Source: Rhizaria sp. SCN 62-66 (taxonomy: Eukaryota). Taken from it: a DNA stretch of 64,000 bases. Positions within the stretch are counted from its first letter, which is position 1, and each line of letters starts with the position of its first letter. The position numbers and the translations under genes are program-made. The notes below the pieces were generated by a model that was not told the origin of the DNA, did no database searches, and saw nothing but the letters and a program-made list of their open reading frames with translations. The stretch lies in assembly GCA_001724265.1 (NCBI GenBank), contig MEDY01000116.1, positions 1 through 64,000 of the forward strand, written 5' to 3'. Below are positions 13,701 to 23,310 of the stretch, one piece after another.

Positions 13701-13827
13701 CGGTCCAACAGTAGCTCGGGCTCCTGCCTATTCGCATAACAATGGTCATACTGCGACTGCCGCTGCTGGTTCAGGTGGTGTATATGTTGAACGTGTCGAA
13801 TACCCTTTACCCATGGCCAGGATCTAA
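7723..13827 (+). CDS. Hypothetical ~2,000-aa low-complexity/disordered protein (Ala/Ser/Thr/Asn/Gln/His-rich) with short coiled-coil segments; start uncertain
   Basis: More than 6 kb without a stop, ending in TAA. First ATG is at 7723. An acceptor-like polypyrimidine+CAG ends at 7683, so an upstream exon is possible. No recognisable domain. Confidence 0.65.
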   Translation: MEAKLTSLIGEITAFSHWCNLPRADDPAPPPARPQPPESQLVAVERDLDASLASLSLTHSAAFHRLIADRQLKARAAVQHYAVALPPVEAAPVTAAHGPAVAYGPAQSRYPTAATAPSSVAASTYASANSHSYNSQASDHSANTSAAHADVIRTLEASLTQAVNNALHSSLLNTSTTTAAAATVPAFAAPTATVTPAPMASSNIHVSNVAPLTAPRPVTSYGLTSAYDGLHSEPVHVLQQQLTVTPLAAATAAAPASAHGNGGYTVRATEPPLPRTLRQRWALPESQSATTTNNTHVAITSTKTGANYVHTSNNGVSMTAHAASVLTPASMPGFGPVPISVSPSVAAPRGPNAAATAAYSGAPDAMKDTGVLPLLTMTEFKQGFNAVLRPHPSSSQSLQPSGCSQSVFSDPQSSVSIAGLNAHTPAFATAVTLPSHNGSTQSQLHYDGFVHSTFSSHPRSQSQSAVTVNSCCLHAAAQAQFQQADASQSSLRNSTRVNDPATTGSGRGDDAAAAAAPSSMTVELSAKAARAIAAAAEVWRRSAPAVAAHGHSAGAHGHGDDSETNAAHSHFRVNVNAQSQQTVNDHSSQTLSRNIVVGNISNSSLDADTAAVVPASTLAVAETAEDAESKERLMRCAHAAAIYFLRTVLKEGTAINNNSIDTTKNSNNNTNNNDNTNNTNGTDHAATGATNKDNSVALSAAKPGAATHDVRAIETVAVSSAAAENVTRHTASKHVCPVHGASDSTAHGHFAAHGHNSSHVLGSGSSHGCSNRTRCRGIDSHSNSANNNNNNSCHNCDRPRDRIQEQNSSDCDAGGTSATETSHSSDDKSYPESDNMSRSHSHLRRRRHRRSGRAHKHGRGRDGGQHRCSDRGQQQQQQWGDPEQNEREQQQRHEHTRIEISRDGNVTATTSTAAPNAHGHGRCHDYGHGHSRNTSLHDNSSRSAVIVSQTKSADVKSNASICSSANKPPIASATVAEPQHNDNFDSDTDTNLHIDSTSNAEQAPPVDTAACTTSASVVATATPETEAPGLASVAAAAALTTPLRRYANGRTPPSSSCIPYTTATQPHSHTSVGGAQPQQNARSRTAFGGAMASALLQSPPLHTPARPRTSGGNVSTPLDRRPDWRSILDESPPVSDRRDVGTINDNNTNNNDNNDGSRGKTANAVGYSNTGVVIDKNCEYILPNAWSNHKHAHNASQAFTAESAQSLSAAAPVARNRAAATADSAANTGPFTRAFTAKQASHGDDHSKATANGVHNRSDSAQRNADSVNAVSRAADRSIVAAMGAAQNSSNNNNNNDNNRSRSRSRNGRIALANRPPFAVASAAAPLPAAAPSLPSRSKSRPRTTVDSNHASRLLKPTACQLSRATAVRDSVLSARAAAAAEAEAAAAAADRAAAARALPGMRRQRPHNTADTTTTAHSYSLSQSHLPAQTQSHSQYQTRASSATTGWTGAGLTHGLAGASRSGGVMGSTTAGFDVTDARSSGGVSGGSVADTRGVTVIRGEIHRGRREAAVSVNASAVTANTAALSHVAVANTAAATSTALPHGPSHPVANTRSVKNAVNHTTFADDSNSTVSQAPVSASVAAPVHTSVPPSKTASASAVPLATPVTAAALSAVSDTAATLRAAERLTARAARRQLHSSEFGSFLRSAKLAGAQRARAVAAVVQQASAASAAASTGASTAMATGAYLGGGVGGYLELDSEQAYLAATANDNAAVSVPPHHAFAQLRLSQQQQRQQLTELEQQRELEQQRRLQARLEDEQTRRMVGPGAAALLNARHRRNNSGHGQGYSAGSSRENDDMLDYGGEYNTGSYDSASDTSSPVVSAKAGVLASEGESKEATPPHYSQSLYPSSQPELQQQQHLQQLQMNPAFTVSSNVQPSIHMYTRQQPLLARGNTLPGVSTSLWSGLTTPLESGVALRNEQEQRWQLQQQEWEGQWQQQQQQQQPEQQQHQQLYASAIRQAPVTTNLPHAYVSTLVPLPATVPVPASAYSHAYGPTVARAPAYSHNNGHTATAAAGSGGVYVERVEYPLPMARI

Positions 13828-14022
13828 TGAAGTATGACACTAAAAGCGAGATCTCAAACGTTACATGAACTTGAACAAATTATTTCTCTAGCCAATGATT
13901 TATCGAGTAGTAAATCGAACATATACAACACACGAAATCGTTATTTTTCAATGTTCTGGGAATAATCTGGTCATACGTGTCACAAGTGTGACCCTGCCTG
14001 GTGCCCGTGGTGAGTCTCGCGC

Positions 14023-14176
14023 GTGCGCACGTTGAGGCGCGCCTCCACAACCTACGGGTACATGGCATGGGAGATGACGGACTCACTGATGTCTGTGATG
14101 CACAGTGCTATCGAGAACACTCCCGCTGACGTGGGCGAACCGGTGGCCGTGGTGCGAATGATGCTCGACGCGGGTA
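14023..14176 (+). pseudogene. Possible ankyrin-repeat gene fragment
   Basis: SVMHSAIENTPADVGEPVAVVRMMLDAG resembles WSVLHFAAKSSSRQATEAVRILLEAG of the neighbouring ankyrin gene and is followed by a GTACGT donor-like site. No complete gene is visible. Confidence 0.3.
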
Positions 14177-15578
14177 CGTACAATGCACTACATGTTACTA
14201 GTTGTAAGAAGCCACATAAGTTAGAAGTCACATAAAGTTGTGGTATTTTGTATTTGTTAAAAAAACAACTATTTTTACTAACAATAGCTCAAACTGATCA
14301 AGACACAGACAAAGGAGCTACGAAGAGAGTGGCCTATCCTAACCCAAACCTCCACACACAACACACATACACACCAGATACCGCACTATAACGCGCGACA
14401 CGTGTGTACGGACGTATATTCACTGAATTAACACGCAATTATGTAAATAAAGTGTAAAATGGACTCATTTGGGCTCTTGCAACAGCGTTCACACAATAGA
14501 CTTATACGAAAAACCTCAATCAATAATACAACATTCCAGTCACACACACCGACACCACGCAGCCTCTTACATGTACACGAGTACTTACGTCGGCAAGACA
14601 ATTACACTGGGGTTGAGACTGTGGCACCCGGGGTATCACTCTGCAAGGCTGACAAGCACAGCAGCAGCTGACGACGGCGGCGGCAGCACAGACAAAAACG
14701 CACCAGTGATTTAGCAGAGAAGAGTTAAGTTGTGACGAACGGCAAGCGACGGAAGGTGAAAAATACGTGTTGCGATTGTGTTGTGACAGACGGAATATGC
14801 TGGGAAATGCGGGGCGTGGGGAGATTGATTGAGATAGACGTGATATAAGTGATCTAATCGTGAATGCAGTGAAAATAATAGACGAAAGAGAGAAAAAAAG
14901 AAAGAAAGAGAAAATAGGAGGAATCTCTTGAGTAGCACAACAAAACACAGAAACAAAGTCACTGACAACAAGCAAGAAAGAAAACGTGAAATAAAAAGAA
15001 GAGAAGGGAAAAAACGAAACCTAAACTTAACAAAAGAAAAAGACTAGAGGGTTAAATTGATAAAGTGGAAGTGTACACAAGTTGACCCATAAGCACGCAT
15101 CGTGTGTTTGATGACACCCAACAAGACCAAATAACGCCAAACAGAGACACATAGAACAATGTCGAATTAGACATCATGCAAGACGTTGAGTTGATCCACA
15201 GTGCAATGTAATCCACAAGCAAAATGTGCTGCCATCTGGCTGACCGGTAATGGTGAGTGAAGGTGAGTTGAGTGTAGTAAAATGCAAATGCGTGCTGATA
15301 TCGTGAGAAATCCAGAAAGAGAGAGGAGGAGAAACAACAACGCAAAGTCGTCGATACAAACACATGAAAGTGAAGAGAAAGAACAAACAAACAACGCAAA
15401 AGAAACAACACACACACACACACACGCACGCAGACCGCAACAAATGCAAGTTAAGCCGAAAGATGAAACACAACGGCATTACACCTGCATTGGTGACGTT
15501 AACGTGTAAGTAGCTCGCTTACGCCGGAATGTACGCGGCCTACTTTTGCGTGTAAGAGGTAAGAAATGGCCAGCCCAT

Positions 15579-16655
15579 TTACGCGGCCGCGAGCAGAGGC
15601 GCGGTCGACGTGGAGCTGAAAGAGCGCCGGCCAGGAGTCAAAACGCGAAGAATCTCCTCATCCTTGGTCAGATCAGCCGGGGACTTGCCGTCCTTGGTGG
15701 TGATAGCGACATTGGCACCGTTGTTGAGCAGCTCCTGGACCATGCCACGGTTCTTGGCCTCGACGGCAAAGTGCAGGGCAGTCTTGCCGTCCTGGTCCTG
15801 TGTCGTGGATGACCACAAACAAGCAAACAAATGTGCGAAAAGAGAACCAAGATATATTTAGGGAGAATTGGAGCACAATATGTGAGCATGCTAGATATAT
15901 AATGCATAAATAACCCACATCTAATGGAAATATCTCATAATTGGATCGTTGATTGCATGCTTTAGGGTTGTAATGCGTACCTGGACGTCGATGATCGAGT
16001 CAGCGCCGGCCTCAAGCAGAATCCGGACGGCCTCAGTTGCCTGGCGAGAGGATGACTTGGCCGCAAAATGCAGCACAGACCAGCCACGGGCCTCGAGAAC
16101 GAAGAGGTTTGCCTTTGCGTCAAGCAGCACCTGGATCTTGCCGGCGTTGCACGACAGAGCAGCATACAGCAACGGGGTGAAGCCAGTGGACTCTTGAAGA
16201 TTGAGGCATTCGCGCACGTTGGGACGCTCGAGGAAGTGCTTGAGCTCACGGACGTCCTTGGAGTCGTCCTCGGCAATCTCGCACAGCTGCTGCAGCGTCT
16301 CGGAGTCCTGTTGTCGCGGAACATAGCGCGGCAGAGCGCAACAGATTGGAGATAAGGTTGAGAGGGCAGGGGAAGAGAATGCAAATGGAGGGTGAGTGTT
16401 TGAGCCAGATACAAGCGGTAAATACAACACGCAAGAGTGTAGAGTATCTGATATAATATGTGATACGTATAAATAAATCTTCGAGTCATGCATTGCAAGT
16501 ATTTCATAGAAATAATAAGGCTGTCGGAAAAGAATAAAGAGTCAGAAGCAGAGACGTACGGAAGGGGAGGGAGCGACATAGGAATCCTTGTCAAAGGGGA
16601 TGAGCTTCGAAGACATCTCTCCGCGCTCGCGCTCGCCGCAGCATGCGTTGCCCAT
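15579..16655 (-). CDS. Small ankyrin-repeat protein with N-terminal MGNACC (myristoylation/palmitoylation-type motif); 3 exons (16655-16560, 16307-15981, 15797-15579), ~213 aa
   Basis: Ankyrin repeats GFTPLLYAA, GWSVLHFAA, DGKTALHFAV and DGKSPADL. Two phase-0 GT-AG introns with GTACG donors. Confidence 0.85.
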
Positions 16656-17640
16656 GGTTGTCGGGGGGAAGCTGTGTGTAGTACAGCAGAAAAGCAATGC
16701 ACGAAAGCGACAGGGAGGAAAGATTGCCCGGGAAAGTGACGACAAGAGGGGGTAGCAAATAGAGACGGATAGTGGTGAGAAACGGTTAGCTATAGAGCAC
16801 AAACAAGGCATATGAGGTACTAATTACAGGGATACACCGCTTTAGCTGTGTAATAGCGGCGCCTGCAACGGTGGAACAAGTGCAGCGCAGGACAATGTAT
16901 CCCCGCCCGGTGCTCCTTTGGAGAGGGAGGGAATCGGAGGCGGAGCTCGCGGCATCGGTGTCAAAACAACCCTCAAGGACGCGCACAGCTGGAGTGTAAA
17001 AGGAATAATAGATCATTTACATCGCAAACGATGCGGCACATGCAATCCTACCGTCCTTGACAGACGTTCACCCGCCCTCGCGCGCTTCCTAAGAAGTGCC
17101 TTGTTTCGTGGTCCTTTCGCTTTCTCAAGTCTCTCGCGCCTCACTCGCTGGACTGGTTGGTTCGCGAAAATGTGGTGTGGTGGTGTGGGACGAGAAGTCC
17201 GATTGTGCTTGGACAAGAATGTGTCTTTCAAGTCCACACTGTTCGTCGGCAAAATCACAAGCGTTGGTTCTTGTTTTGTTTAGCAAGGTTCTTTATTGTT
17301 TTGAAATCTCTGCATCGTGCTTGCTTATCTTTGTCATCTCATAGCGCATGTTTTGGTGTCGGCCTCGCTAAGCATCTTCGTCCCTTCCTCGGTCCCTTTC
17401 GACACGCCTCAGAGCCCTTTTCTGTCCTTATAACATCTTCGGCACACTACTGCTATTGGTCCCCGCTTATTATATTTCCTTTTATCCTTGTGGCTTTTCT
17501 TACACGTGCACTTTTCGCTGAAGAACCCACTTCTGCCCCCTCCCGACCCAAAGATTCCTTACACTGTCCTTTGACAAGGTAGCTTTCGTCGTCGTGACTG
17601 TAAAACAAGACACGTTAGCTGTGTCGCCTCTCCGCGACTA

Positions 17641-17861
17641 ATGTATCTCCGTCGGCCTCTTACGGCCGCAGCCGCAGCCGCCTCCGCCTCTGCACGCACT
17701 GCAACTGCCACTGCGACTGCTGCTGCTTCGACGGTGACGACGCCTGCTGGCCTGAGCTCCCCGTTGCCAGTCTTTGGTCCCCATCGAACTCTCAGCTCGG
17801 CAACCACGACCCCTGTGGCGGCGTTGACTCACCACCGCCCGCACGTGTCTGCTGTGACGAC

Positions 17862-17910
<49 letters not shown>

Positions 17911-20900
17911 GCTGATATCGCTGGTGGCACACTGCATCGCTCGCTTCGTGTACCCGCGACCCGCTTTTGTTCTAGCTCCAGCTCTTGCTTCACAACACCT
18001 CGCTCTCGCTCTAGCCTTAGCTCTAGCTCTGCTGCTCTTGCCAAGTCTCACGGTCGTTTCGCTTTCAGTCCGAGCCTCAGCTCTGCAGCTCTCACAGTCG
18101 GTTGTCACCGTGCCTTCGTCTCCGTTTCGAGCCCTTCTGACCCTCCGAAGCCCCCGCTACTGTCACAACAACAACAGCAACAACAGCAACAGGGCTTTGC
18201 TTCCAACAACAGCAACAACAATAACAACAGCTCTAATGCCGACGTTGACACGGCGACGTCTGCTGCTGCCGCAACTCTTGTGCCGTCTCCGGCCGGTGGA
18301 TTTATCTTCCAAGATCCCTACCTCCAGCAGCAGCAGCAGCAGCTTCACGACCAACAGCAGCTTCAACTGCAGCAACAGCAACAACTGCAGTTTTACCAAA
18401 ACCAACAACAATTCCTTGCGAATCAACAGCACCAACACCAGTACACGCACCAGCAGCAGCAGCAAGCGTTTACGTCAAGCCGCATCGGTAGCGGTGGCAG
18501 CGGCGCTCCCCCGCCCCCTCCCCCTCCTCCCCATAGTAATTCCCCGCCCCAGGTCTCCGCCCCGCGCGCGCGCCTGCGGGTCTCCCACGCCGCCATCGAC
18601 CGCGACCTTCCTGTCTTCCGCTTCGCTGCCAACGGTGAATATGTCCACGCCCTCTTCAACCTCGCTTCCCTGAGGTCAGTCCACCCCCGTGACTTAATGG
18701 CGGTCTACGACTCTGAGATCCGCCGATCAGGTCCGCTCATCCTGCCCTGCCACGAGTGCATCATCGTCGCTGTCTCCCACATCAAAGCAGTCATTTTCGC
18801 AGACCAAGTCGTGCTCTTGGATGTCCACAGGCCGCTGGTGAAGATTTTCGCTGAGTTTTTGCGAAGCCACCTTCGCGCCGGCGCGCCCCGGGCAGGCACG
18901 CCCGCAGCCGCAGCCGCAGCCGCCGCTGCCGCCGCCGCCGCGTCTTCTGGCACTGGCGCCGCTGCTATGGGCAGTTTCCAGCAGCAGCAGCAACAACAGC
19001 AGAGCAGCAGTGGCGGCGGTGCAAGTGGTGGCGTTTTTGCGACTCTACAGTCACTACAGTCTGCAATGGGCACGTTTATGCACGGCCAGGGTCACAACGC
19101 GCAGTCTCAGTCACAGGTTCCGTCACAGGTACCGGGTGCATATGGGTTGCCCAGTTATGATAACAACTACAACTACAACGCGAGTTCTGGCGCTCTGTAC
19201 GACAACTCACTGCAGCAACAACAACAACCAGGTGTGGCTGCGTTCAATGCAGCTACTACCGCCGCCGCCGCCGCCGCTGCTGCCGCTGCCTCTGCGTCCG
19301 CGGCCTCCGCAGCCGGCAATAACAGCATCGGTTATGGCAGTGACAGTAGTGGGAGTCTATCGCTCTCGCAACGCCGCAACTCCAACGGCAACAACAACTC
19401 GGGCAGTAATACTAGCTATACGAGCAGTCGTCTGTCGTCAGTGAATGCGAGTTTGCGGAAGCTGGGTCTCGGCCTTGGCTTCACCGGCCCTAATAGCAAT
19501 AAGACTAATACCGTCGCTTCTTCTAACACCAGCATTGGTAGCATTGGTAGCAGTAACAACAGCTGGGGTGACGACTTGAAGCCTGCCCACGGCCACTCGG
19601 TCTCTACGGCACAGCAACAGTCGCAGAGTTATAATAGCAACAACATGAGTAGCAGTAACGGCGGCGGAACCTCTGCTGCCCACGGTCACGTCTCTGCCCA
19701 CGGTCACTCGGTCATCGCCCACGGCCACTTGACGCCCCTGGGCCCCCTGGGGCCAGAGGACGACGACGCGGAGGAGAGCGACGACGCCACGTTGCGGTTG
19801 TTACAGTCACAGGCTGCGCAAAGCGAGGCGCAATATCAGCGTCAGCAGGAACTTCAGCAGAGCCAGTTGCAGCAGTATCAACACCAGCAGCATATGCAGC
19901 TGCGGCATCAACATAACCACCATCAGCACAACAGCCATCAGCAGCAGCCGCATCATCACACCAGGAACAGTCTTACTGGCAGCAATCATATCAATAACAG
20001 TAGTTATGCGCAATATGATGATGGAGTCGCTGCTGACAGTCTGAATGCTGATTTCAATAGTGCCGCCGCCACCGCTGCTCACAGTCACTTTGCGGGCCCT
20101 ATCAGCGCCGGCCCGAGCCACGCGACTCACAGCCACACGCTGCTCAACGGCCACAGCCGTCACGGCCACGGCCACGTTAACGGCAGCCACAGTCCCAGTC
20201 TCAGCGGCTACAGCCACGGCTACGGCCACAACGCGTACGGGGCCCCCGTCGCCCCCACTCCAATGCACTCTCACTCGTCTCACTCCGCGCACGCGCACTC
20301 GCAGATCCAACCCCAATCACAGGCTGCGGCGGCCTCGGCGGCGGCGGCAGCAGCGGCCTCCGCAGCAGCAGCCGCCGCCGCCGCCGCGGCCGCCGCCGCC
20401 TCTAGTATCCCAGAGCTTCCCCTCACGTTCTCCCCTTCCTCCGGCGCTGGCGGCAACGGCAACGGCAACGGGAATAGTAGTGGCAGTGAAAGTGCCGGTG
20501 GCCTCCTCATGAGTGCTGACGTTACTCCGTACAATAACTCTATGTCTCGCAATACCATGAGTACCTCTAATAACGCGATCATAAGTTCCCGCTCACGCTC
20601 TGTCACAGTCAACACTAACGAACAGTTAACGCAGCAGCAGCAACAGAGTGGCGGTCTAATTCGCAGCAATACTGCTGAGGGTAACGAGGATGACGATGAG
20701 GAAGTTGACGAAGTCGACGCAGATGCCCTGTTGCTCGGTGCCGGGGGCGACGACGATTTTCTCGGTACTTCTGCCTTTGAGTTTCGTGTCCTCGAAGGTA
20801 TCTTACGCGCTGTAAGTGATAAGTACGACCGTCGCTTGCATTGTTACGACCCCGTCATCACGAATGTACTCGGTGACTTGGCCGTGGTTCAGTGGCAGTC

Positions 20901-21726
20901 AAACGCGATCTTACGCCTCCTCCCGCTCAAAAACGCTCTTGTGTCGTTCGAGCGTGCCTCCGATGAAGTGCTTTCCGTGCTGACATCGCTGTTGACGTCC
21001 AACGAAGACATGCTTGAGCTGTTTTTGACTGAGAAACGGCGCCGCCACGGCCAGTTGCCCCCGCTTGAGGCCCACCAAGACTGTGAGCTGCTGTTGGAGA
21101 CCTTCCACCGTGAATTTTCCCAGATCAAGTTCGAGGCCCAGCAGCTGCGGCGTAAGATCCTCGCGACCGAGGACATGGTGCGGATCTCAATGGACGCGCA
21201 CCGGAACCGGCTGATCCAGATGCAGGCGCACATGGCCATGTGTTCCGTCGGGCTCGGCTCCGCGGCGCTCATGACGGGTGTTTTTGGCATGAACCTCCGG
21301 TCAGGGCTGGAGAACACGCAAGGCGCGTTCGCCACGGCCGCGGTCGCCAGCGTCGCGCTGGTCGGCGCTGTGTACGGCTCCATCAACCGGGGTTTCTTGC
21401 GCAAGCCGGTCACTGCAAGGCATTTCGTGCCAGTGACAACCCCGAAAACGCTTGAAGATATGGCTAAGTTAAAAGAAGCGCTTGATGGGACGTATGACTT
21501 CCAGGACGTGATCCTGCAACTTGAGCGGCACGGGAATCTTGTCAGTCGGCAGGAACTGGCAAGGACGTTCGAAGAGGCCCGTGGCAAGTTCTGTCCTGAA
21601 GAGATCATTGACCTCATTTTTGCACTGTACGCTGGTGACGCGAAGGCCAAATGGGTGACGATGGAGCAGCTGAGGCTGTTCCTCTGCGATTTCCCATCGG
21701 TGCGCTGGACTGGCCGCACGTACTAA
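17641..21726 (+). CDS. MRS2: MRS2/CorA-family magnesium transporter, probably mitochondrial, with a large low-complexity insert; 1,361 aa
   Basis: VHPRDL...IKAVIFADQVVLLD, FEFRVLEGIL, LLPLKNAL, EDMLELFLT, ELLLETF and MDAHRNRLI, then two TM helices with the GMN signature (GVFGMNLRSGLE). Confidence 0.9.
17863..17907 (+). repeat. (AGC)15 microsatellite encoding poly-Ser in the MRS2 N-terminus
   Basis: Perfect AGC tandem run read directly. Confidence 0.9.
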
Positions 21727-22071
21727 GCGTGCATGCATTTATCCGCTTGAGCAGTGAGGCATAGTGACATTCTGAATGTTACGTGTCACATGCTAGTTTC
21801 AACCTAATTTATTATATGTAGTTCAATAACAACAACGATTGTGAAATAATACATCTCGTTCTTATTCATATCTGTGTGTCATGTTATTGTTCTCCATCGT
21901 GGCGTATATATACTACATAAGCCTACCGTGTGATTCAGCTATTTTTCCTTGATTGTGGTTGTCTCGTCTCGGTGGCGGAGTCATGGGGAGATTTGCTTCT
22001 GGCTTGAAAAGTTTGTCCTACGCAGAGAGCCCGTCAGCGAGTGTGTGGACATATCCCCCGGATAAAACACA

Positions 22072-23082
22072 ATGTTGCGGACTAATTCTCGTATTTATGC
22101 TATCGCATCAAAGTCTCTAGCGTCTCTGCTGCGCATCTCCACGCCGGTCACCAAGACCGCTGTCTTCGCATCCTCGCCCCGCGGCTTCGCCAGTCTGGCC
22201 GAGATCAAAGAGAAGCTCGCCGGCATGGGCAACATCAAGGCCAAGATGAACGACTTTTTCCTCACCCACGTGCGCGACAACAATACCGACATCGTCTCTG
22301 CCATGCTCAACGAAGGCATGGACGTCAACACCACCGTCAAGGGCGTCACAGCTCTCCACGTGACCGCGCAAGTCGGATATGAGGACATGACCAAGCTTCT
22401 CCTCGCCCACAAGCCCACCCTCGAGGCACGCGACGACGAAGGCTACACCCCGCTGCTCTGGGCCGCCGCGCGCAACCACGCCCCCGTCGTGGCAGAGCTA
22501 CTCACGGCTGGGGCCGATGTCACCGCAAGCACCCCGCGAGACGGCTTCTCTCCACTGCACCATGCCTGCGCGGCCGGCAACGTGCCCGTGGCGACGCTGC
22601 TGCTCGACGCGCGCGCCAACCCCGACGCGCGCGCCGCTGACGGGTCAACCTGCGTTCACTCCGCTGTCTTCGCGAACAAAACGCGCGTCCTGGAGCTTCT
22701 CCTCTCCCGCGGCGCCGTGCCGACCTTGGAGCACACGCCCGGGCTCACGCCGCTGTTTATCGCGGCCTACCAGGGTCAGGCCGACGCCGTGCGCGCGCTG
22801 CTTGCCGCCGGCGCTACGGCGGACCAGGCCTCGACGACTCTGGGCGTGACTGCGCTCGCGGGAGCGGCGGCTCAGGGGCACGAAGTCTGCGCACAGTTGC
22901 TGTTAGATCAGGGAGCGAGCGTTGAACACGTAGATGGTGACGGGTTGACGCCGTTGCAGTGGGCGAGGAAGAATAAACACACCGCGGTCGAGCAGCTATT
23001 GCTCAAGGCGCAGAAGCAGCAGAAGAAAGCGGCTGCGGCGGCCGCAGGGATCACCAGTGGCAGTGAAAGCTCCTCGATGTAA
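22072..23082 (+). CDS. Ankyrin-repeat protein (about 7 repeats) with mitochondrial-type presequence; 336 aa
   Basis: GVTALHVTA, GYTPLLWAA, GFSPLHHAC, GSTCVHSAV, GLTPLFIAA, GVTALAGAA and GLTPLQWA. N-terminus MLRTNSRIYAIASKSLASLLR...RGFAS. Confidence 0.9.
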   Translation: MLRTNSRIYAIASKSLASLLRISTPVTKTAVFASSPRGFASLAEIKEKLAGMGNIKAKMNDFFLTHVRDNNTDIVSAMLNEGMDVNTTVKGVTALHVTAQVGYEDMTKLLLAHKPTLEARDDEGYTPLLWAAARNHAPVVAELLTAGADVTASTPRDGFSPLHHACAAGNVPVATLLLDARANPDARAADGSTCVHSAVFANKTRVLELLLSRGAVPTLEHTPGLTPLFIAAYQGQADAVRALLAAGATADQASTTLGVTALAGAAAQGHEVCAQLLLDQGASVEHVDGDGLTPLQWARKNKHTAVEQLLLKAQKQQKKAAAAAAGITSGSESSSM

Positions 23083-23310
23083 GCACATTCGTCGAGAAGC
23101 TTGTTTAATGATACTTAGACATATCGCAAAGAACTTAAATTATTCAACAACAATAGAATACAATACAACACTAGCATTTCATCTCTATCAAAAGTACGTC
23201 GTATAACATGAATTGTCTATTCAATCTCGTTCTTCTTATAGATCACAAAATATAAAGTAGTTTAAGGTAACCGTATTTTCTTATCTCTCGCGCAATTAGT
23301 GTAGTTTTGT

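Noticed and set aside
14400-15500. Hydrophobic Cys/Val/Phe-rich ORFs here and at 52300-53100 and 57100-58150
   Set aside because: Translations of TG/T-rich 3'-UTR-like sequence and microsatellites.
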